From: a virus
Taxonomy: Duplodnaviria > Caudoviricetes
Reading direction: 5' to 3' (one strand)
IMG/VR virus record: IMGVR_UViG_3300043478_000058
Coordinates: 1-49,188 of that record
Length of the DNA stretch: 49,188 nt
Part shown: positions 44,207-49,188 of the stretch, piece after piece
How the letters are laid out: each line of letters opens with the position of its first letter
How positions within the stretch are numbered: the stretch's first letter is position 1
Program-made: the position numbers and the translations under genes
The notes under the pieces: generated by a model
What the model was told of the DNA's origin: nothing
Seen by the model: only the letters and a program-made list of their open reading frames with translations
Database searches by the model: none

Positions 44207-44377
44207 ATGAACGAACCCGCTTACGATAAGCTCGCCAAAGACCTCCCGCCCGTTGTTAACGACGACCGTCCTGACCTTGAAGCTTATGGGAAGATGTGCA
44301 ACGACCGTCCTAACAGCGCGGACAAAGAAGGCATGAAGAACGCCATGAAGCAGATTGACGAGGTTGTCAATGACTAG
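44207..44377 (+). CDS. Small hypothetical protein (56 aa, not in the ORF track)
   Basis: MNEPAYDKLAKDLPPVVNDDRPD...; fills the gap and overlaps the next start. Confidence 0.5.
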   Translation: MNEPAYDKLAKDLPPVVNDDRPDLEAYGKMCNDRPNSADKEGMKNAMKQIDEVVND

Positions 44378-44963
44378 CGTTGGCGAAGACCACATCGTTA
44401 TCGACGTTGAAATCCAACGTCGTATCGAAGACCTCCCAAACGGTTGGGACGACACTGACAAGATGGGTGTCGCCTGCGCTGTTGTATACGAATACCTAAC
44501 CGACCGCTTCCGCATCTACGGTCCTAACGATCTTGATGTCCTCAAATCCCGACTCCGAAAAGCCGACCGTATCAGTGGTTTCAACATTTGGCGATTCGAC
44601 TTCCCGGTCATCTTTGGAATACCCAATCGCGAGCGTGTCGCGGAACTTCAACCAAAAACCAACGACCTTCTACTCCGTATCTGGAGATCGTTACGTCTTG
44701 ACACGGAACGGTTTTCTTCGGCGCACAAAGGCTGGAGCCTCGACAACGTCTGCAAAGCTACACTCGGCCTTGGTAAAATCGCCTCGGGTGAGCAAGCTCC
44801 GAGATGGTTTCAAGAGGGCGAGCACGCGCGAGTGATAAACTACTGCGTCGATGACGTAACCCTCGAACGCGATTTGACTTCGTTCATCGACCGTTACGGC
44901 TTTGTCTGCAACTCCACTTACCTTCAAAACCCCCTCCGCATTGTTCCCGAATGGCGACCTTGA
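44370..44963 (+). CDS. DnaQ/RNase H-like (YprB-type) DEDDy 3'-5' exonuclease
   Basis: IDVE, GFNIWRFDFPVI, SLDNVCKATLG.GK and NYCVDDV. Confidence 0.8.
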   Translation: MTSVGEDHIVIDVEIQRRIEDLPNGWDDTDKMGVACAVVYEYLTDRFRIYGPNDLDVLKSRLRKADRISGFNIWRFDFPVIFGIPNRERVAELQPKTNDLLLRIWRSLRLDTERFSSAHKGWSLDNVCKATLGLGKIASGEQAPRWFQEGEHARVINYCVDDVTLERDLTSFIDRYGFVCNSTYLQNPLRIVPEWRP

Positions 44964-46492
44964 CCGAACCCATAAACGATGTCGAGCTTTTGCTGGTTCG
45001 CCAGCGTAAGGCCAAGCTTTTGCGTCAAAAGGTCGCGGCCATTAAAAACGACGGTCTCCCATTCTATCGTCCGCATCCGAAACAAGACTCCTTCCACTCC
45101 AGCGGTGCCCTTCGTCGTGCTACGTTCACCGGCAATCGCTGGGGAAAATCAACATGCGGCGTTGCCGAGGACGCTGCTTGGTTACGAAATGAACGCTCAT
45201 GGTATAGACAAAAATTCACAGTCTTCCACCGAGACGGCTCGATTGCACGCGTACATGAAGGCGGGGAAAACCATCTGCTTGTTCGTCAGGCGATTCCGCA
45301 ACGCCCGGTTAAGGGCCTGGTCATGTGCGAGAATTGGGACAAGGTTGATGAAATCTTTACATCGGAGCGCGGCGAAGAAGGGAAGCTCTGGAAGTACCTC
45401 CCGCGTGATGGCTTTATCAAACGCAAAACCCGTAACCACGAGGGCAAAATCTGTATTGTGGAGTGCGCGAATGGTTCTGTTCTACGTTTCGCTACCGTCA
45501 AGTCATGGATGAACGATCCGCGCTCGATTGAGTCCAGTGATTGGGATTGGATACACGTCGACGAACCCATACCTGAAGGTATGTGGAAGGGTGCTTCACG
45601 CGGGTTGGTTGATCGCAACGGATCTGCGTGGTTCAATCTTACTGCTCTATCGGAACCTTGGATCACCGACGCTTTCCTCCCAGGCGGTACGTTCGAGGGT
45701 CAATGCTTCAAGGTCGAAGGCTCAATCTACGACAACCCCTACCTCAAACCCGAAGGCATCGCGATGTTTGAGGCGTCACTAACCGAAGAAGAAAAAGAAT
45801 GCCGCTTGCACGGCAAACCACTTCATCTTGCTGGCCTTGTCTACAAGGAGTTCAAGTATGACGTCCACGTCGTCCAGACGCTGCCAAAAGAATGGAAATC
45901 GTTTGACGATCCTCCGAAAGAGTGGTCGTATTACTACTACATCGACCCCCATCCGCGCATTCCGCATTGTGTGCTTTTTCTGGCCGTCGACCAGTTTCAG
46001 CGTTACCATTTCTTCAACGACCTCTTCGAGCGATGCAGTCCACTTGACCTATGCAAACTAATGCACGGTGTGCTTGATGGACGCAATGTAATCCACGGCC
46101 GCTGCGACCCGATTGCCTTTATCGAAGACCCTGAGACTGAGCATTGTTGGGCTGACGACTTTGCCGAAGGCGGCTTCCCATGCGAGAAGGCGGTTAAAGA
46201 CCCGATGCGCGGTATTTCGCGCGTACAACAGCGTTTGAAGGAGCGCCCTGTCACGATCCTCTTCTACCCTTCGTCTCGCCGCGCTCTATGGGAGATCCAA
46301 CGTTGGCCTTGGGTGCCCGATAAAAACAAGCCTCGTGATGAAGACGACCATGCTATGGAATGCCTCTACCGCGCTATCCTTGATGAACCTTGTTACGTCC
46401 CTCCCATCGCAAGCTCTCGCCCTATCCGCGATGAGGTGATCGACCGTCCTCGACTTGACCTCGACAAAGCTTCCTTTTCCCTTGCAATATGA
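44951..46492 (+). CDS. terL: Terminase large subunit
   Basis: YRPHPKQ, Walker A GNRWGKS, Walker B IHVDEP, DNPYL, and nuclease motifs YIDPH and DDHAMECLY. Confidence 0.9.
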   Translation: MATLTEPINDVELLLVRQRKAKLLRQKVAAIKNDGLPFYRPHPKQDSFHSSGALRRATFTGNRWGKSTCGVAEDAAWLRNERSWYRQKFTVFHRDGSIARVHEGGENHLLVRQAIPQRPVKGLVMCENWDKVDEIFTSERGEEGKLWKYLPRDGFIKRKTRNHEGKICIVECANGSVLRFATVKSWMNDPRSIESSDWDWIHVDEPIPEGMWKGASRGLVDRNGSAWFNLTALSEPWITDAFLPGGTFEGQCFKVEGSIYDNPYLKPEGIAMFEASLTEEEKECRLHGKPLHLAGLVYKEFKYDVHVVQTLPKEWKSFDDPPKEWSYYYYIDPHPRIPHCVLFLAVDQFQRYHFFNDLFERCSPLDLCKLMHGVLDGRNVIHGRCDPIAFIEDPETEHCWADDFAEGGFPCEKAVKDPMRGISRVQQRLKERPVTILFYPSSRRALWEIQRWPWVPDKNKPRDEDDHAMECLYRAILDEPCYVPPIASSRPIRDEVIDRPRLDLDKASFSLAI

Positions 46493-46872
46493 AAACTCTT
46501 TTGGTCTTTTTATTCTCAACGCTTTCGTTGTGTGCTCAAACCACGCCAAATCAACGCAAGAACACGATCCCCGCTACCAACGTCTGGGTAGCCGCGTCCT
46601 CTGGTGGCGTGCTCTACGATCTTGAAGTCTACAACCTCTCAGCAAGCACTCTCTATGTTCACATCTTCAACACTAACGCGCTTCCAGCCAATGGCGCGTT
46701 TCCTACCATCGCGCCAGTGCAGTTACCTGCAAATAGCACAGCGACATTCTCCTACATCAATGGCCGCAAATTCGACACTGGCATAACGATTTGCACCTCA
46801 ACCACCCCCCTTACCTTAACCAACGGCACAGCTAGCTTCAAAATGTCTATCAACTACGGAGGCTCTCAGTGA
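46489..46872 (+). CDS. Signal-peptide-bearing small beta-sandwich protein of phage decoration type
   Basis: MKTLLVFLFSTLSLCA/Q signal, then VAASSGGVLY...YVHIFN..ALPANGA.P...LPANST....G..FDTGITIC.STT. Confidence 0.6.
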   Translation: MKTLLVFLFSTLSLCAQTTPNQRKNTIPATNVWVAASSGGVLYDLEVYNLSASTLYVHIFNTNALPANGAFPTIAPVQLPANSTATFSYINGRKFDTGITICTSTTPLTLTNGTASFKMSINYGGSQ

Positions 46873-48356
46873 AGAAGTTCCTTGTTCTTGCAGGTCTTCT
46901 GGTGCTAACGACACTTCTTATCGCGCCAGTGACTATCGTGCCGTCGGGTGGAGGAGGCGCTGGTCCGGGTGGTGACGCTGGTGGTACGAACGCGCGTATT
47001 GCTATGTCAAGCGGTTTTGGTACAAACATAAATTTGCTTGGGGAGACGGTTCTCTCTGACCCGATGGGATTGTTTTGGCAGTTTCAAGCAGGAGGAGGTG
47101 TTTTTTGGGGTGCCGGTGGTGTTAGTCAATTTGGCGCGGATGGCAGTATATTGTTGCCGGGTTTGTCTATTAATGTAGCTGCACCTTTTGTAAACTCAAC
47201 AATGAATTGGACTAATAATGCTGACGTGGCTTTTATAAACAACGGAACATTTGACTGCCATCCAATGGCTTTGTTTACCAGTATATCCAATACCGGCAGT
47301 TTCACAAACGGTGGAAACGCTAGATTCCTTGGTAATACACTCGCGACTGGAATCACCAACAACGGTTCTTTCACAAACGCTGGTAGCTTATACAACACTG
47401 GCTCAATGACGAACGGCACCGGGTTCACTAACGGAGGTCCAGTGTTAGTCCGTGGTACAACTTTAACAACTGGGCAGACGAATAACGGCGATTTCACCAA
47501 TGCTGGCGGCATATACAACACTGGTTCTTTTACCAATGGATCGGGTTTCACCAATGGCGGACCAGTAAAGGTGCTAGGGACAACGCAATTAACCGGCGCG
47601 ACAAATAATGGTTCGTTTACTAATGCCGGTAATTTGTATAACACCGGCTCGATGACTAACGGTACTGGTTTTACCAATGGTGGATCGGCACAAATTCTTG
47701 GAACGACGTTAACTACTGGGCAAACCAACAACGGATCGTTTACCAACGCTGGTAATCTCTACAACACCGGCTCGATTACCAATGGCGTAGGTTTCACCAA
47801 CGGTGGGGATGTACAGATTAACGGCACGCTGCTGGTTAAGAGCAACGTCCTCATAACGGCTGGCCAGAGCACAAGCAATTCGTGGAACGGCGGCACATAC
47901 TATTATGGTAGCGGTTTATTCACTAACCTCAACGCTGCTGGGACAATGAGCAATCTGGCCAATGTCTCAATCGCAGCGCATGTTTTGACTAACAATGGTG
48001 ATAGCATACATGCCATGTGGGGCGGCGTCATGCCTTCTGCCGCGGCGAACACAAACCAATTTCAAATCATCTACGGCTCACAAACTATTATCGACACTGG
48101 ATTGCAAATCGCATCAAATACAGTGTTTCGAGCGGAGGTGTTCATCAATCGCACTGGTAACACTGCCCAACATGTTGAAGGACGTTTTGAATGGGGACCA
48201 GGTGGCGGAGTCCCGTTTGCACTCACGAACGCTAACCTCGAACTCGTTCAAACTAACGGCATCGCGACATTACTTGCTTTGAAAGGCGGCGCTCGTGCCG
48301 TCGGTGCTCACACGAATAACTCCTTCCGTGTCTGGTTCGACCCAGGCCCAAGATGA
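46869..48356 (+). CDS. Fibre-like protein with N-terminal signal/anchor, TNxG beta-helical repeats and a fibre-tip domain
   Basis: MKKFLVLAGLLVLTTLLIA, a repeat region, and C-terminal VLTNNGDSI.A.WGG...IIDTG...FRAEVFINRTG. Confidence 0.65.
   Translation: MKKFLVLAGLLVLTTLLIAPVTIVPSGGGGAGPGGDAGGTNARIAMSSGFGTNINLLGETVLSDPMGLFWQFQAGGGVFWGAGGVSQFGADGSILLPGLSINVAAPFVNSTMNWTNNADVAFINNGTFDCHPMALFTSISNTGSFTNGGNARFLGNTLATGITNNGSFTNAGSLYNTGSMTNGTGFTNGGPVLVRGTTLTTGQTNNGDFTNAGGIYNTGSFTNGSGFTNGGPVKVLGTTQLTGATNNGSFTNAGNLYNTGSMTNGTGFTNGGSAQILGTTLTTGQTNNGSFTNAGNLYNTGSITNGVGFTNGGDVQINGTLLVKSNVLITAGQSTSNSWNGGTYYYGSGLFTNLNAAGTMSNLANVSIAAHVLTNNGDSIHAMWGGVMPSAAANTNQFQIIYGSQTIIDTGLQIASNTVFRAEVFINRTGNTAQHVEGRFEWGPGGGVPFALTNANLELVQTNGIATLLALKGGARAVGAHTNNSFRVWFDPGPR
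47355..47835 (+). repeat. 123-nt (41-aa) tandem coding repeat, about 4 copies
   Basis: Units start at 47355, 47478, 47601 and 47724 and encode TNNGSFTNAGxLYNTGSxTNGxGFTNGG...; synonymous sites have diverged. Confidence 0.85.
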
Positions 48357-48386
48357 AAAACGCTATTACTACTTTGCTCCTGCATT

Positions 48387-48722
48387 ATGAACGACAAACC
48401 GAATAATGGGGACGAGAAGATGGGGGCCTTTGTCGGGCGGCTCATTTGGCGTTTCGGCCTGTCTATTTTGGTGGGTGTTGGAACGTATGCCGCGCTTTGG
48501 GTCAAGGCAAACGTGCCAAGCCGGGAACAATTCGAGACGCTTCAACAATCCACTGTCAGCAAGTTGCAGTTTGAAACCCTGAGTCTTCAAGTGCAAACCG
48601 TGCGCGATGAAGTGCTGCGCTGGCCGAACTACCGGGACACGGTGAAGGATTTCGAGGCTCGGCTTCGTGAACTGGAGCGAAAGTTTCCACCACCTGATAT
48701 GCGTCCAAAACCATTAAAATGA
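48387..48722 (+). CDS. Single-TM plus coiled-coil membrane protein (holin- or spanin-like)
   Basis: TM segment FGLSILVGVGTYAALWV followed by heptads. Confidence 0.5.
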   Translation: MNDKPNNGDEKMGAFVGRLIWRFGLSILVGVGTYAALWVKANVPSREQFETLQQSTVSKLQFETLSLQVQTVRDEVLRWPNYRDTVKDFEARLRELERKFPPPDMRPKPLK

Positions 48723-49188
48723 AAACACGGACTGTTCTCATCGTTTCGGCGCTTCTCCTAATCGGTGGCTGCGCGAAGCTCCCAAAACGGCCGATGCCTC
48801 CGCTGCCCCCGGGCATGAAGACGGCCAATCGTTCCGGTACATCCGTCGTTCCGAAAAAGACAACGGCCAAGAGCTACGTCCCAACCGATTTCGCACTCAC
48901 TTCGGTTCGTCTTCAGCAACGAACCAACGTCGTCTTGACTTGGATTAACGGCACGCCGCCGTTTCAGCCGCAAGTAAAGATGTCCATCCTTTCGGAATGG
49001 ATGGACTTCGGACCGAGCACTACGTTGCGCCAGATCACAAATCCGGCTCCGCTGACGAAGGCTTTCTTCCGGGTCAGGAATGGCAATACGCCGCCAGACC
49101 TGTCGCCTCCCGTGGCGAATCTGACCGCACCCGCCAACGGCAGCACAGTCAGCAACATCATCACGCTTACTGCTATCGCAACGGACGA
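48719..49188 (+). CDS. Lipoprotein with Ig-like domain, 3' truncated by the window edge (not in the ORF track)
   Basis: MKTRTVLIVSALLLIGG/C lipobox, an NVVLTW...W...FFRV module, then DLSPPVANLTAPANGSTVSNIITLTAIATD (start of a bacterial Ig-like domain). The frame is open to the window end. Confidence 0.7.
   Translation, partial: MKTRTVLIVSALLLIGGCAKLPKRPMPPLPPGMKTANRSGTSVVPKKTTAKSYVPTDFALTSVRLQQRTNVVLTWINGTPPFQPQVKMSILSEWMDFGPSTTLRQITNPAPLTKAFFRVRNGNTPPDLSPPVANLTAPANGSTVSNIITLTAIATD

Noticed and set aside
47126-47746. 206-aa minus-strand ORF with PLVKPVP repeats
   Set aside because: It is the antisense shadow of the TNxG repeat gene.
47355-47835. Possible CRISPR array or DGR template/variable repeat
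   Set aside because: The units are in-frame coding repeats that differ mainly at synonymous sites; there are no unique spacers, no reverse transcriptase and no cas operon.
1-49188. Alternative genetic code (stop-codon reassignment)
   Set aside because: Core genes are full length under the standard code, and TAA, TAG and TGA all act as stops at coupled gene junctions.

Overview
This window is an apparently near-complete (about 49 kb) genome of a tailed dsDNA phage with podovirus-like organisation. It is probably circularly permuted and broken inside one gene, because both window ends fall in open surface-protein ORFs. The + strand from 1220 to 22525 carries the virion module: portal, scaffold, major capsid protein, adaptor, fibre, nozzle, ejection proteins and a 2232-aa polyvalent protein. 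The - strand from 22461 to 37498 carries replication, recombination and DNA-modification genes: a DUF3987-like NTPase, a UDG-exonuclease-PolA fusion, a DPPY methyltransferase, ParB fused to a degenerate methyltransferase, DUF1599, and an SSB/AAA/PD-(D/E)XK trio. This arm also holds a cluster of tRNA-like RNAs. The segment 37499-41400 is a divergent early/control region with a poly-G inverted repeat. The segment 41420-49188 carries terminase genes interleaved with secreted or membrane proteins. I recognised no integrase, RNA polymerase, primase, CRISPR array or endolysin. A Verrucomicrobia-like host is inferred from protein style and weak Shine-Dalgarno use; this is not proven. The most unusual signals are: fibre- and decoration-type proteins with signal peptides and dense N-x-S/T motifs; a nozzle gene split by an inserted fibre gene; three tandem tRNA-like folds; and promoter regions strongly depleted of AC/GT dinucleotides. 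All family assignments come from motif recognition by eye, not from database searches.
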